Of a stretch of 64,000 bases of DNA, positions 1-14,576 are shown one piece after another. Position 1 is the first letter of the stretch. Each line of letters begins with the position of its first letter. This DNA comes from the human T2T-CHM13v2.0 reference genome, Homo sapiens: assembly GCF_009914755.1 (NCBI RefSeq), contig NC_060925.1; one strand, 5' to 3'. The notes under the pieces were generated by a model that was not told the DNA's origin, did no database searches, and saw only the letters and a program-made list of their open reading frames with translations. The translations under genes were made by a program, and so were the position numbers.

Positions 1-1789
1 CCCAAATCTAGGTGTGTCTGGAAGAAAGCTGCCCTCTCCCAGAGGAAAGCTGGGGGTTAAATCCATAACTGTCAGTGTGTCTGGCAACAAAATAAAAGGA
101 AACCACATTCTCCATGAATGAAGGGAGAAGCAGGAAGGAGGTAGTTTTTTCTTTTTTAAAAACATGAATAAGATCCTCCAATATGTTTGAGATTATTGAG
201 CAAATTCTTTGAAAAGGGCCCTGGGTCACTAACCAACAGATTGTGGATGTAGAAACCACATTCTTCCAACTTCCCTTCCCATCCTGACCCCAGAGATAGC
301 AGGTTGGGTATGCTGGGGGTCTTTGTTTAGTTAACCATTAACAATTCATAAAAGTGCAGATCCCTGCACGATAAGTCCAGTCCTTGGAATGTTATTAGAA
401 AATCCTATTTCTAGTCTGTTATGAAACAGAGGTTTTGATGTGCTGCCAGGTTTATGGGGAACTCTGGAAACAACACTTGCTTCTCTGAGAAGCTGAGGCT
501 GGGTGGGTGTTACATAAAGCTTTCCTAGCAACTTAGCTTTATCACAGAATGGGAGGCTGCAGTGGAAAATATCAGACGAGTTAATGCAAAACCTGAGCCA
601 ACCCACTATCCCCATTTGCTCTAAGGCCAGCCAGCAAATCTGTGGGAGTGATTTTAACCCACGGGGGAGCGGCAGGCCCAGGGCTCCGGTTGACTGCAGA
701 TTCAGCCCAAGAATGCTCGGGCAGCTCAGAGCTGAAAGGCACCTTCAGACAGACCTCACGGAAGGCAAAACAGCTCTTCTTGACTCTGAACCAATTGCTG
801 ATTGAAATTCACACAAACACACCTTCCTTTTCCTTCTTTGGGTCATTCCCAGTTTCTCCGGGCACTGCAGGAACAAAGGGGAGTAAGGTCACTTCGTCGA
901 ATCCCTGCCAAGGGAAATGCGTCTAATGCATGACGGTGTCTCTGAAGTCAATGGATAAGAATCTCATTTCTAAACTCTTGGATCCAAAAGTATGCCTCTT
1001 AGGATGGAATCCTTCTGTGGTGTTGGTTGACAGCTTTTTGGGTTTTCTGAAAAGCATGTGTCCAGTCCATTGTTTTTAATCTCCCAGGGCTGGCGTGGGG
1101 GTGGAAGGAGCTGGAGGAAGAAACCATGCAAAAATCCATTTGGAAGCTGCAAATCAAAGCTAATAGCCTCTCCTGATCTGCTCACACACGGTGCCCAACC
1201 GGTGTTGTAGAGAGGAAGAGGAAAAGATTCCCCAGACATGAGGACAAGTGTAAGGCGAAGGGCTGGAAAGGGGAGGGGAGCTCGTGTCAAGAGGGAGCTG
1301 GAACTCAAGTGGGGAGAGGAAAGGCAGTGGGAGAGAAGAGAGCTCCTTCGTGGGCGGCCTCTGCGACATCTGCCCCAGGGGCCTAACGCCTCCCTCTGTG
1401 ATGTCTCTGCACCCAGGCTCTGTTGCTGCTTCCTCAACCATTATTCTCATTTGGGAAGGGAAAGAGTGGTTTTATAAAACCGGTGTCCACGTGAAGGCAG
1501 CCATCCAGTTGGTGGAGAAATTTTCCCCACATAAATTAGATTACTCCAAGTCTAGATGGTTCCTAGCCCCTAGTCCTTCTCGCTGAAGACGGTACAAGGT
1601 GGGTGGCAAGGCAGAGGTCTGGAGGGAGAAGAGTAAAAAGCTCCTTGTTTGCGTTAAAACAAACAAACCCCAAGATATGCCAGTTGTTTCAGAAGGTGAA
1701 TTCCTACTTCAGGTAGTCCTTAAGAGTCACCAGAAATCCAGGAGCGAAACTGCACTGAGATTCCATTAACTGTGAAAAAAAATAACAAA

Positions 1790-2170
1790 ATAAACGGGCC
1801 ACACAAAAAGAAGAAAACCGGCCTGCCCAACGAGGGCTGCGGAGTGCAGCCAGAGTCCCTTGTACCAGTAGATCATATTGTGTCCATTTAATAATAATAA
1901 GAAGGGGCACCCTCCGCGGAGGCTTCACCCAAGGAGTCCTGTCCCACCCGCAGGCTCGGGCGCCCGCCTGCAGACCTCGGACGCCGGCCAGCGTCTTGTC
2001 GTGCAAGGCCGTCCACAGCCAGCATGGCCTTAATGAGCCCATTTCAATTGAAATGAGATCAATACTACTCATTTTTCTCTTGCTGGCTCCCGAGTGATTC
2101 ATGAATCTGAAAACTAGTTCATGAATCAGAGCAGGGTGGGGTGGAGGGGCTGGGGCGGAGGCAGGCAGGG
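1790..2170 (-). promoter_or_regulatory. CpG-enriched promoter-like block with GC box and several palindromes
   Basis: Locally high CpG density at about 1790-2010, GGGGCGGAG at about 2152-2160, repeat-free sequence. Strand is inferred. Confidence 0.45.
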
Positions 2171-2469
2171 GAACATTTGTGCAGTCGGCAAACCTCGATT
2201 CCTTTAATGAACCTAGCCATGAGTTGCATAACGCTGGCCTGCCTGCTAGTTTAAAACAGTCTTTTCGGAAGCAGCTTTCAGCTTGACTTATTCACCTATT
2301 TTCCTCCTGGAAAGGGGAAGAATGACACTGGGTACTGATTGTGTGTCTGTCTGTCTCAGGGAATACTTTTTTGCTCTTCGTGTGTGGAACCGTAGGGGCT
2401 TCCCTGGACAAGAACGTGTGTCCATGTGTGTGTGCATACATGTATAATGGTCTTTGTGTGCACATCCTC

Positions 2470-2494
2470 TGTGTGTGTGTGTGTGTGTGTGTGT
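2470..2494. repeat. (TG)n microsatellite
   Basis: Direct read. Confidence 0.95.
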
Positions 2495-2811
2495 ATGAGT
2501 GAGCAATGTGTGACCGGCCTCGGGCCCTTTAAACCTGAACAGGAGCCAAGTTCATTTCTCAGCGGAGCTTCATAAGGAAGCACGAGCTGGGGCAGTTGGA
2601 AACCACATCCCTGTGAGTGCTGATTACAGCCTACTAAGGAAAATGAGATTTTTATCTCACAGGAATTCAGTTATAAAAATAAAATACAGCGTCTGGCTTG
2701 ATTCAGCTAAATGTACAAGCACTAGGGTGTTTTTAATTTAACAGAGAAGCTGGACAAGAAGAATGACCTAAAACATTGCATTTAAAGAAAGTCAGAGGCG
2801 AGGGGGAGGCT

Positions 2812-3147
2812 ACAGGAAGTGAGTGGGAGTAGAGATGTGTGTGTGAGAGAGAGAGAGAGAGAGAAATGGAGGGAGAGGGAGGGAGGAAGGGAGGAGGGAG
2901 GTGGAGAGAGAGAGAAAAAAACCACCCTGCTGGCAAATGAATGCAGCAGGGATGATGTCATTGGAACAGTTGGAGGAGAGAGGAGAAAAACAACTCGGAG
3001 CTGTGCTAATCCTGTTTGCTGCCCTGAAGGGAATGGAAGGCGGCCAAGGCAGGGAGTTCTGGGAAACCATATAAGGGTGCCAAACAAGCATTGCCGCCAA
3101 CATTAGGAACTGACAGCTTTGTTCTTTGTAACTTGGCTGCCCGCCAG
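2812..3147. promoter_or_regulatory. Promoter/enhancer motif cluster (ETS, CRE-like, CCAAT, CArG, NFI-like)
   Basis: ACAGGAAGTG 2812-2821; ATGATGTCAT 2952-2961; CCAAT on minus strand 2960-2964; CCATATAAGG 3067-3076; TTGGC-N5-GCCAG 3133-3147. Confidence 0.5.
2836..2914. repeat. (TG)n(AG)n and GGA-rich polypurine tract
   Basis: Direct read. Confidence 0.9.
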
Positions 3148-6100
3148 AGGCCTCATTTCAGCTCTGCGGCATGATTACCCTGGACGGCCGCCAGCCCCGC
3201 GCTGAGAGCTCCTTTTCTTCTCTCCGAGCTTTTTTTTTTTTTCCTCTTTCCCTCTGCCAAACATGCAGCAGTTACCATGGCAGTGGAAAGTAAAGTTTTA
3301 AAAAAACACAACAAAGTAGAGAGGCACGCCTTTATCCAGATGTGCCACATGAGCAGATAGAAAAGGCAGTTCACCTATTCATCGGGGCCTTTGACTGCAG
3401 AAGAAAACACTGGGGCACTGGCTGTCAAGTTCGGGAGGGAGGTGACTCCAGGATAAACAGAGCAGCGAGCAGCCCTGGCTGCAGACAGAGAGGGGCTGGC
3501 TCCCAGGCCCTATTTTCCTTCCCTCTCTCTCTCCCTTCCTGGGGCATTGTGGAGTGCGTAATGTGAAACGGAAAATGTCATGATTTCCACTGGGAACGTG
3601 TCCACGGTTTTGAGAAAGCTCCAGAAACTCAGGTCCATAAAGCACTGAGGGGAGGAGGAAGGGAGGGAGGAGAATGGGCGGTCACAGTGCCCTCTGGTCA
3701 CCAAGGTGAACCCAGCGAGCAGGAGCCAGTACGTGGCTGTGGCCCAAGCCTCTGCCTGCTGCTGGAGCATGGCCAGGCCGTCGTCGTAGGGTTGCAGGCT
3801 GTTCGGGGGTCCTGGGTCCCACGGAGCCCTGGGACCTGAGGGACAGGGATGTTCCCTTTTCCCCCTTGGAGGTGTAGCCAGTAGTTTGGCTTTACAGGGG
3901 GACTCTGTGAAGAGTCCAGTTCCCTATTTTTAATCAGGTTCATTTTTCACCTGCTTAGAAAGTGGAACATCTCCTGAAAGGTGACAAGTCGTGATCAAAG
4001 GCAAGTCTCCAGGCAGAGAGTTGGCAGGTTTCCGAAGCAAAGGTTACTTAGAAGTGGAGGCTCCACTGCCAGCTTCCCCCCGCTGCAAAATCTGACACTC
4101 CTCACCCTCAGGGTTCAGCAAGATTCTCGGAAAGGCCTTTTCTGATTCTAGGAGGTGCTGCAGCAGGAGCTGACTCGGCCATTTCCTGGCCTCTTTAGTT
4201 GGAAGATGACAGAAAGGCGGAAGCAGGGACTGCTATTGTGAGGCCCATGGCAGCCTTCCTGTAAAACAAATTGGCAAATTGTCACCTTCAGATGGACCAC
4301 AGCTGGCCCTCTGAACAGCCCTCCTTGGCCTTTCCAGAGTGTACATGATTGTGTCCCATGTCCAGGGAGAGGACAGAGCCACCAGGAGGGTCAAGGTCGT
4401 GGAGGGAAACATGGGTGAGTAAGAGATGGACCCCAGAAATCCCTCCTCATGCTCCTCCCTGCTGTTATCACAGGCCTTGGCTGCCTTTCTCAGGAGGCAT
4501 TCCCAGCTCAGAGTTGGGTATGCACTAAGTTAAAGCAAAGAGGGCCCTACTGGAGTGAGGGCAAGGGGACTTGGTTGACCTCCTTTGGGGATGTTGCGAA
4601 GCAGACCCATTCCCGCCCTTGCTGGCTGGAATGCCCAGTCCTTCCCTGCCTCCCCGGGCCCCACACACCCTGGCTGACACCTGTGCTGAGGACATGGCCG
4701 AGGAGAGCTGAAAGGAGCAGAGGAGGGGAGAAACGTGTACCAGTTCCCATACAAACAGGACCCACAGGCTTGGGGTCCCCAGAGGTTGGCAGAGCCAGGG
4801 GATACTGGGAGCTGGAGGCCAGACAGGGGCACACTTTTGCCTCAGGTTGTTGAGGCGGTACAAATAAAAACTTGTTGCTGGGCAGAATTGATCCAAAAAC
4901 GAACTTCAGTTTCTTCAGAAGAGGCTCAGGTTTGGAAGTAGAACTTGATATGGCGGTTGTCCCCTTTCCTTAACCTGCGACTCAAAACCAAGGGCAAGTG
5001 GATCTCTCACATCAGACACAGGAGCAGCCTCCTAGAGTCTGCTGGAGCAGCTACCCAGAGTGAGAGAGGGCTACTGACTTTGGAGCTGATGCTCAGGTCA
5101 GGGCCTGGTTGAGCCACATCCCCGTCCTTCATTCCCAGCCCCTGGTGACCTTCTAGAAGCAACACTGAGTTCGGCGGCTTGGTGTCCACTGGGGCACAGC
5201 ATGTCTGAGCCTAACCCAACAGCCTCTCATTGGCTTAGCTTGTCTTCCCAGGTACTGCCTGGAAAAGCAGCCTCTGGCGGGGATGTCTGGGCCTGCCCTT
5301 CCTTCCTATCTCGACCTGGGTGGAAATCCGACTCCCTGGGCCTTGTTTTCAGAGTTCCAGTGTTCTCTCTCATAGCCTGTAAGTGGAGAAGGGCAAGCTG
5401 AAGAAGGAACAGGCTGTTTTCTCAGGGGGAAGCGGGGCAGCTCGTGTACGCCTCCCAGCATCGCTGCGTGATGGTTTCATCCGGCCCTGAGGATATGAAT
5501 TTGGTTGCTCCAGGAGCTCCCCCAGCCTCAAGATCCATGAATTGGATGGAGTATGCATGAAACTGCAGAAAACCCATGACCCTCCCTTACACAGGAATGT
5601 TGCTTTCCTTTTAGGCTTGTCAGGCAGACTGAAGAGGAGGATCCTAGGAGACTTTTCTTTCCTGAGAAACCCAAAGAAAGCAACAGCAGATCCGTAGGGT
5701 GTGGGGGAAGGGGGCAGGGGAAGTGTATTTTCAGTAACAGAGACCTAAAGCAGAAACTATTTGCAAACAGGTGACCTGCTCAATTTCTCCTGTGATCTTT
5801 CATTTCTAATGCTGGTTTTTCCCCCTCATTAAAAAACTCAATTTAATTTCTTGCTTCACCTGCATGGTAAAAATAATTACATACAGACATTAAGCCTGCA
5901 CTAAAAATCAATATACAGAGAGATTCCACCTTTGCTGTTAGTCATCACAGGGCTTGTTGGCCACAAATAGAAAGCATTTAAAATACTTCTCTTTGTAGAA
6001 AGACAAGTGAAACCAGTCACTAGCCCTGTTGCTGAAGAGTGGCCTTTGTATGTTAGTGAAAGTCAAGGGTCAGGAAGGAAGATGAGGCTCTAACAGGGAT

Positions 6101-6737
6101 TTCATGGCGTCCAGAGCCCTGTTTTCTTATTGGTGAAAGATACAAGGGCTGATCACCATCAGAGAACACTAACTTCAGATGCAGGGCCTCCACGCCACTG
6201 CTGCTGCCTTAATGGACATAAGCATTCTTCTTTATTTCCTGGAGCTCAAGCCTGAACCACAGGGGGTATAAGGAGAACGCAGTAAGGCACTGCTGTTCCC
6301 AGGCCCCCGCCCTCCCATCTGCACAGCCATCTCATCGCAGTCTCCTTCAGTGTCCTTGGACTCCCAGGGCTGCTGGGGTTCAGGACAGGCTGTTTGCATG
6401 AAGAGGGTCTTTATAGCTCCACCCAGAGGGGTTTGGAGAGTTTGACGATTGCTGCAGGAGATGGGAAGCTCTTGCCATATGAGGACCCAAATAAGTATTT
6501 AGGAGCCTGCAAAATCAGCTGGGCCCTAATCTACTCTCCAGCTGTTTCTAAGAGAGGTGATCTGAAAAACTGTCACCGAGGAAACTGGTTTTGAGGATTT
6601 TTAAGAGACTTGGGAGCCTGGCTAATGTTTGAATGTTTGTGATATGACATGCTGTATCTTGCATCTTCCTGGTACAAGGTAGATCAGCGGCTGCACACAT
6701 CAGTGGGTCTTTGGATAGTCTGATTTAAATGTATTCT

Positions 6738-7020
6738 GGCCGGGCACAGTGGCTCACAGCTGTAATACCAGCACTTTGGGAGGCCGAGAAGGGCAGATCA
6801 CCAGGTCAGGAGATTGAGACCAGCCTGGCCAACACGGTGAAACCCCGTCTCTACTAAAAATACAAAAATTAGCTGGGCGTGGTGGCGCGTGCCTGTAATC
6901 CCAGCTACTCGGGAGGCTGAGGCAGGATAATCGCTTGAACCAGGGAGTCAGAGGTTGCGGTGAGCCGAGATCGCGCCACTGTCCTGGCGACAGAGTGAGA
7001 CTCTGTCTCAAAAAAAAAAA
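6738..7020 (+). mobile_element. AluS
   Basis: GGCCGGGCAC start, dimeric structure, A-tail, TSD AAATGTATTC (6727-6736 / 7021-7030), small deletion in right arm. Confidence 0.95.
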
Positions 7021-7792
7021 AAATGTATTCCATCTGGACGTTTCTAGGATTAGTCATCAGGTTCATTGTTTTTATCTCTACAGCTTGTTTCCCATTGCAA
7101 CAAGGCCTCCCACTGCAAGACAGAGAGGAAGAGCTCTGCCACCCATGTGTGTAAGGCCATGTGGATACCTCATGACATCCTGGAAGGCCACAGGGCTGTG
7201 GCTGCCATTCAACTTAGGTTGACATGGCCAAGACCATAGAGCTAATGAGTGGCAATGTTGAGCCTAGACCCTAAGTCTCTAGATTCCTCCTGCAGGGCGC
7301 TGGGTGTTGTGGGGGCGTCTCTGAGGTGGGTCAGAGTGAACCTGCAGGGGCCACTTAAAACCTTTGCAGGCCTTGGCTCCTTCTCCAAAGAAGCCCAAGC
7401 CAGAATGGCAGTAGAAGTATCTCCTGTGACCGCAAGCCAGGCACTGATTCTTAGGTTGCTTCCTGGTCCTTCTGTATGTATTGCTAAGAGCAGCAGTGTT
7501 CTTTCTTGCCACAGAGTGAGTCCTGGTGCATAAATCTGTGCTCATGTCACCCAGTGCTTTCACCTGCCTGTTCGTGATAATCCTGGGACAAGACCCTCAC
7601 CTGCCTGCACGGGGGCGGGGGGGGGCGTGAGGTCTAGAGACCCAAATGAAGGCCTCACTGAATGGACTTCCCTGAGGTGTCGGGGCCACTGATGTGGTGC
7701 CAGGGCCTGTCTATTCTTCCTGCTAGCCAAAGGCTGGCTTCTCAAGCCGCTGGATGAATGGGGAGCCTGGAGATGTTGAACAAGTCACGTAC

Positions 7793-7872
7793 GTCTCTGA
7801 TTGCCTCGATTTCCCCATTTTGGCCGATGGCATCGCTAAAGCATTTGATGATTCCACCGTCAAGTGTGAGAG
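7793..7872 (-). other. Candidate 80-nt cassette exon, 3' part MIR-like
   Basis: Minus-strand acceptor TTTTTATCTCCTGTAG and donor GAC|GTACGT; CpG-rich relative to flanks; donor region resembles the MIR core. Confidence 0.4.
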
Positions 7873-10800
7873 CTACAGGAGATAAAAATTTTAAATTACT
7901 AATCACCCATGGTAATGCATGGTAATGCATGCTGAACAAACAGTGAGGAGGCCAGACGCCACCGCATTCCAAAACAGGAAGCACTCAGGAACTCTACCAG
8001 AGCATGGCTGCCCTCTCCACATCTGCACTACTGGACTGAGGGCTTAGTTGATCCATCTCTTCCACAGATTTGCAGAGATATGCTCAAGCGTGACTTAAGT
8101 GACTTATGGCTCATGTGTTGCCTCCCTATGTCAAGCTTTTCACGCAGTGAGCTCTTTGAGAACAGGGGCTGCATTTTAGGACATCTCCCCCAGTGTCTTC
8201 GTAGAACCAGGCAAGACACACGGCCTTGTTGGAAGTGCCAAACATCTATTCTTCATCAGCAGAATGGATGAGCCCCTGAAAGGCATGAGTTGAGCTGCGC
8301 AGTCTGAACTCAGGGAAGTCCTCGCAGCGGGCTCCCAATTCCTGCCTCTCAAGAAGCAAGCTGAGCCTTAAAGATGGCTGAAAATGTGAACAGTCTCAGG
8401 GCCACGCAGACCCACCTGAGCAGTTGCTCTCTGATGTCTCACCGAGCCATCCACCATCCCAGCGAAGAAAGGGCCTGCAAGCAGACCAGAAAATGCCCCA
8501 TTCAGTCATGCTGCTTAGTCATGGCCCAAACCTGCAGCGTTTAATTCTGCTCACTGTGACTTTATTGCAATGGCACACACATTTACATCACTTTATGTGC
8601 GATAACAGTAGAGAAGTTAGTTAGGTTTTTCTGTTTTTTGTTTTTTTAAGATAATGAGAAAAGTCTGTAATATTCAGCCAAAATGTATCCTTGTGGCTGG
8701 TGTAGATTTTTGGCGAAATGACACTGTACATAATCAGAAGAAGGCAAACATGCATATTATCTCCATCTCCTTATAACTGCACGAGATAACATAAAACTGC
8801 AGGAAGTATCAAGCATAAGAATAAAAGCCGTCTATTGAAGTCTACGTGGCATCCCCTGCGTGCCCCAGGAACACCCTTCGGTGGATTAGGATGAGCACGC
8901 TGGAAAATACACACCCTGCCGCTGCATCTGGCTAATGCCAGGCCCCAGCCCCTGTTCCTTAAGCCACAGATCCCCTGAGTGTCTGTGTTGTGTCTGCTGG
9001 AATTTAGTTTAGGCAGGTGACGTGGCTCCAAAGAAAGTCACAGGCTGGTTTCTGCTGCAGAGATTTGTGTCCACTTCATGCATGTTTATTGCCCGTTAAC
9101 TCTATATGAAGCCACAGCAAAGGGGAAGTGATGTTAGAGAGGTCACAATCTAGTTAGTGGGGTCAAGACAAGAGATGGAGACAGCAGGTCTTGACACTCT
9201 GGAATCATTCTGATTTGTAAATATGACAATTGATGAAGGGGAAGAGTGCCTAGTCTCCAGGAGGGATTTCCTGCTGAGACCCACCAGGTATACAGTCGGT
9301 CCTTGTCTGCAGTGACCCCAGAGACATTTATTGCAACACCTGCACATCAGGTTGCAGCAACTGTGTTCTGCCTGGCCCAGGACAGACTCTGCTCCACCTA
9401 AGAGTCAGCCTCTCCAAGGCAGCAGTGGGGTTGGGAAGAGGGGAGGAGGGACCTCCATGCTGCACCAGCTCCTACAGAGCCAGCTCAAGCTACATTTCAG
9501 GACATCTTGGAGGCTACTTCTGGACAATTGTGGATTAGCTAAGTGACAGTCCAGGAACCTGGATCCCATCCTGGCCAGGGAGTTGTGGCTTCTGAGATAA
9601 GGACTTTGTGCATTGGAGATAAACTGAAGTGTTTCTGCCTCTGCTCCCTCCAGGGGCGGCTTATGGCACAGGCTCACCAAATTGCAGGCCCCAGAGCACC
9701 TGCAACCTCAGGGAGCTCAGGGGCTTCCCAGCATGGGCAGGGGAAGCCACAGATTCACTTCTCCTGCAGATGCACAGACCCTGGGGTGGATGGTCTAAAG
9801 CTCAGGATCTTATAATGCAGAGAAGATGGAATAGAGCAGGAACCAGGCCCCTGTCTGGAGGAAGGAACCAATAACAACAACAACAAAACTACTGACAATG
9901 TGCGCGCTTTACAATTTTCAAAGCGCTCTCATCTCAGTCAAGGAAGGATGCATTCTTTCCACAGGCTGACGTTCAAAACCCAACCACCAGAAACATGAAG
10001 ATAAAACAAAAGGAACCACCAGAAACAAACAAGACACCTGTCCATCCTCCAGGTTTGCAAATCAGATCAAGTTCTGACAACTGGTAAAGAGGAAGATGAG
10101 AAGATCCTGCCAGATAAATTCTCTGGTACCTTCATTGATCTCATTCTTTCACCATCAAAGGGGAATGCAGTAGTGCCAGCAGGAGCAGAAAAAAAAAAAA
10201 AAACCCTAAAAAGAACAAGAGAGACTAGTCAAAGCTAGTACAGTGTTTCCCTGGTACTGAGTCATACTTTTACAATGACCCAGGCCCACGGCCTCAACTG
10301 ATGACAAATAATGAGAATCCAACAATCATTCTTTCTCGCATATTCACTTGTGAATAAATGCAAGAACTGGTGTATTTGTATATGCTGTGTTTATATCTAC
10401 ATGATTCATTAGATTCATTAAAACCCAACTGGTAATTAGGAAAAACACTCACAAAGTTAGAAAAAAAACAGCGACGTAGACAGTAAGTTTGAATTTTAAA
10501 TGGAGAAGCATTCTGTTGGTGCTTCCTGAGGTGGCGGAGGGTGTATGTGTGTGAGGGCATTGGAACAGGAAGTTGCTGGGATGTGGACCTGAGCCACCAG
10601 CACACACAGCCACGCACAGGAGGCTGATGGCTGCGGCCCGGTCGCTCACATGCCAGCATCCCCACCCTGGCTAGTCCCGACTGCCATGTTCCCAAATCTT
10701 TCTGGTTCTGGCCCCCTCGGGCTTTCTCTGGCATCTCCGGGTCTCCTGGTAGAAAGCAGACTTCTTTGGTTGTGCACTCAGATCCTTCCCAGGACCTGGC

Positions 10801-10959
10801 CAATGTGGTGCTGTTTCTGCTCCAGGCCACCAAGGATAACCTCCCTGCAGAATCTAACTCTCCCTTGTGCCCACATGGTCCATCTCTGCCTCAAACCAGG
10901 AGTCACCGGCTCTCTGGAGAGGTGTTAATCAGCACCCACCCTCTACCTGGCCCTCTCCA

Positions 10960-11680
<721 letters not shown>

Positions 11681-12044
11681 AGTGGCTTTTCAGAGCAGGA
11701 TGGGTGACGGCTAGAGGGCTCAAAGAGCTGTGATGGGTTTGGTTACCAATTTTTAGAGATCCTTTGATTGTTATGTGGAGAAGGTGTTCTCAGCGGAGTC
11801 CAGGGCAGGCAGGGAGATGGTGAGGAGGAGCATTCTTGGTCCTGGGGAGGGCGAGGGTTCCGACAGTGGGCTCCGCCGACCATCACTGCCGCAAGGGATG
11901 CTGGTCACCTGCCTCAGCAACACCCCTGGTGTGCAGTTCACCGGGGAGCCCCATCGGTGGACCCAGGCAGTGCCTCCCCCCATGCCATCCCTGAAGGACA
12001 CTTCTACCACAGAGCCTGCCCACATCCAACTGGAGGCAGAGACG

Positions 12045-12270
12045 CTGGACTGGAAAGACCACAGGCCCTGAATTTGGGCAGACCTGGGTTCAAGTCCTGT
12101 CTTAGCCACTTTCTAACTCAGACATTCTGGTTAAGTGGCTGAACGCCCCTGAGCCTCAGTTTCCTCATGTGTCAAATGTGGCAAGGATTGCATCACAGAG
12201 TTGTGCTTGAAACTCATGTTAAATCCCCCACCACAGAGCCTGGTACATAGCAGGTCATCAAAATGGTCTT
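12045..12270 (+). mobile_element. MIR
   Basis: GACCTGGGTTCAAGTCC...CTGAGCCTCAGTTTCCTCAT core. Confidence 0.8.
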
Positions 12271-12274
12271 CAGG

Positions 12275-12423
12275 AGTTGGGCGCAGTGGAGCCACTGGAC
12301 TACAGGATTACATGCCTGTAATCCCAGCACTTTGGGAGGCTAAGACAGGAAGCTCGCACGACGCCAGGAGTTCAAGGTTATGGTAAGCTATGATTGCACC
12401 ACTATACTCCAGCCTGGGTGACC
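12275..12423 (+). mobile_element. Alu monomer (FAM/FRAM-like) with ~20-nt insertion near the 5' end
   Basis: Single arm: GGGCGCAGTGG...TGTAATCCCAGCACTTTGGG...CTCCAGCCTGGGTGAC. Confidence 0.75.
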
Positions 12424-12484
12424 AAGCCCGTTAGTAGTGGTGGCAGTGGCTGTAGTCATAGTAGTTGTAATAATATAATACCCA

Positions 12485-13510
<1,026 letters not shown>

Positions 13511-14119
13511 GCCAGTCGTGGGCAGTGGTCAGAAAATCAACAAAACAGCTTCATTCTGCTTACCCCACATTATCTTCAAGGATGGGCCCCGTCAATCCTG
13601 GCACACCCCTCAGTTGCATCTGTCCTTAAATGGCCACCTGCTGGCCTTCTGGACCTCCCAGAAAAGACACATCTTACCAGAAGCTTCCCTGGCCTCGCTC
13701 CAGTCTGGGCCACATGGTGACTTCTAGGCTTCCTGACTCTCAGTTCTTCCCACTCCCGGTCTCACCTGCTCCCGCCCACCCATCTCTACGTGCAGACCAC
13801 GCGGCTGCTTCCTGGCTTGTGACCTTTGGCTCCATCTCCTGGCTCTTCCTTTCATCTCCCTCAGCATAGAGGCTCCAGGGACAGAACTTGGAGCAAGGAC
13901 CCTCCCATGTGGCCTGGCCTGGTGTCCCCGATGCTGGGCACTGGGAGTTGAGTGGCAGTAGATAATATGCCCAAGCCTCCTCACTGGTGGGCAGCCCTGA
14001 TGACCGGAGACAGCAGGCTGGGTCCAAAGTTGAGACTTGGAAGAAGGGGAGGCAGTAGAGGAGCCAGGCTCTTTCTGCACGGACTTCTGGCCGGGGGTGA
14101 GAGACTAAAATGAAGGTTA

Positions 14120-14310
14120 GAATAATAACAACAAGAAATACTATCACTCACTGGGCAGCCACCATAGCTATGCTAGGCACTGGGCAGGTACTTTGCATCC
14201 TCTAATCTCACTATTGTAAGATGTGGGGATTGTGCTCATATTACGAATGAGGACAGCGAGCTCAGACAGCTCTAGAAATACGTCAAGATCACACAGCTAG
14301 CGGCACTCAG
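14120..14310 (-). mobile_element. MIR
   Basis: Degenerate MIR core ATGAGGACAGCGAGCTCAGA...CAAGATCACACAGCTAG. Confidence 0.6.
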
Positions 14311-14506
14311 AGAGAGTCCCTCCCAGCCTTGCTTCTGCAAAGCCTGAATCCTCCCCCCACCCTTCGAGCAGCTCCATCACGGTCGTCCGTGCAGCTTGGG
14401 CGTATGGGAATACGTCAGAGGCGTTTTGCTCGCCTTTCCAAAAGCAAAGCAAGAGAAGGAAGCTTGTCGCGGGCCTGGCCTGTGTGTTCATCCAAGTTGC
14501 TGCAAT

Positions 14507-14576
14507 CTTTTCTTGTTTTTAAATTCCCTTCTGCCTTCCATACCAAGGCCCAAAGCAATGGATGACTGACCAGGCA
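14507..14576. repeat. 70-bp inverted repeat, copy A
   Basis: Reverse complement matches 16284-16353 at 68/70. Confidence 0.95.

Noticed and set aside
10294-10833. 179-aa minus-strand ORF
   Set aside because: No recognisable homology, and it runs through heterogeneous non-coding-like sequence.
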